The position numbers and the translations under genes are program-made. A stretch of DNA of 63,834 bases, the filler included, from Octopus bimaculoides (taxonomy: Eukaryota): assembly GCF_001194135.2 (NCBI RefSeq). It is 8 parts of 6 records of this genome, joined end to end, with 100 filler letters (N's around TTAATTAATTAA, not from the genome) between each part and the next. Parts side by side here need not be neighbours in the genome. Positions count along the whole stretch, not along the records: positions 56,505 to 63,834 come from NC_069007.1; 7 more parts are not named here. One strand, written 5' to 3'. Positions 62,641 to 63,834 of the stretch are shown here, one piece after another. Each line of letters begins with the position of its first letter. Position 1 is the stretch's first letter. The notes under the pieces are model-generated. The model saw only the letters and a program-made list of their open reading frames with translations. It did not search any database and was not told the DNA's origin.

Positions 62641-63651
62641 CATTCACTTGCATGCAAACACATACACACACAACCCTTCCCATGGTGCACCATGGTCATG
62701 TTGCACCCCAGGAAGTGTCATGAAGCCAGACTGTCTTAACAACATTAGAGACCCCAGTGCCAAAGCAATACATACTGCATACAATGGCATACATAGATAA
62801 CTACTGTTTCTAGGCTTGGGAAGGTCCCTGGGCCACCACCCTGTGTGGATTCATATTTGACAATAGCACTGACAAACATTTGCAAGAGTCCCTTTCTTCA
62901 AAAATTCAAAGGGGTAGAATGAGGAGTTAACTCCTCCTTATATAAAACTTATATCCTACTGGGACCCTCTGAGGATGGTCCTATGTACAGTCAAGGATGG
63001 ACTAGAAATAAACAAGTTTGCATGGTACAAAACCATGTGATAGATGCCCCTAATGTGGTGGACAGCCACTTTGGGCTAACTCAAAAGCACCCACAGATCC
63101 AAGATTACATTGAATGTCAATCACCAGTCTACTGAGGTATACACAACCATTCTGGCCATGTCTACCACTCTCACTCAGCACCCTCCCCACTGTCTTCACT
63201 CTCACTTCTTTGCCCAGCAGATCTCAGACTAAACTAGTGAAGGGTGGGCAATTTTTGGATTGGGTCCATATTTAGTTGGACAGGTCAGTAGTTGTTGCTG
63301 TTTTTAGCCCAGGTCAGACGTGACTCACCAAACTATGGATCAAACCATGAACCTCTAGCTATGATCATCCAGTCTTGGCCATTTCATTGTTCCTTCAGAT
63401 TAGATTAATCCTTGGATAATCCCAGTTCCATACCACAGTCCCTACAATTTGTTATTACTGAACCCTCACTTAGCCCTTCCTCAATTTTGGAGTGGGGTGG
63501 GGCGTGTTTTTGATGCCCTCGCTCCCCACTCCCATCCCCACTTACTGGCAACTCATAACAATTTTAAGAATAGCCGGAGTATTGAAATGTTAACTATTAG
63601 ATATGTGTGTATGTACCTATTTATATATGTATATATATATTTATATATGTG

Positions 63652-63693
<42 letters not shown>

Positions 63694-63762
63694 AGAGTAA
63701 GCACATAAAATGTGCAACAAGGTGGAAAAAAGAGTACTCAAATACCAGAGGTAGAGTAATAT

Positions 63763-63834
63763 GCTTTTGTTATATTTCTGCGGCTTTTAAATAAAGTATA
63801 TCATCATCATCATCATCATCATCGTTTAACGTCC
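63763..63834. repeat. Fragment of the family 3 palindrome arm followed by the start of an RTE tail
   Basis: 63763-63796 matches 44831-44864 with one mismatch; then (CAT)n-CGTTTAACGTCC as at 45263. Confidence 0.75.

Noticed and set aside
62690-63240. Possible LINE 5' UTR remnant (GGGGTAGAATGAGGAGTTAACTCCTCC)
   Set aside because: Resemblance is from memory only and no downstream ORF motifs were found.

Overview
Eukaryotic, AT-rich, gap-ridden genomic window. It is most consistent with an octopus (coleoid cephalopod) draft assembly; this is inferred from the repeat families, the mollusc-type 5S sequence and the microsatellite load. No intact host protein-coding gene can be supported, and nearly all ORFs in the track are microsatellite or N-gap artefacts. 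The window is a layered transposon landscape: a near-full-length but disabled RTE LINE (53.1-56.4 kb); RTE, CR1, Tx1-like and Dong/R4 fragments; remnants of Helitron, hAT, maT/mariner and Tc1; a MITE; and at least four tRNA-derived SINE families. The most notable signal is RNA-level. Three unrelated families of minimal type I hammerhead ribozyme motifs, of the kind associated with Penelope-like elements, occur here with palindromic stem III, and each family is arranged as divergent inverted pairs (24.0-24.4, 28.9-29.2, 44.7-44.9, 60.6-60.9 kb). Other highlights are a GC-rich LTR-like unit with 3x60-bp E-box repeats, a TATA box and a split hammerhead-like fold (9.7-10.2 kb), and a 3'-truncated 5S rRNA copy with a (GAT)n tail nested inside a SINE linker (19.4 kb). 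All structures and translations were read by eye, and boundaries of degenerate elements are approximate.
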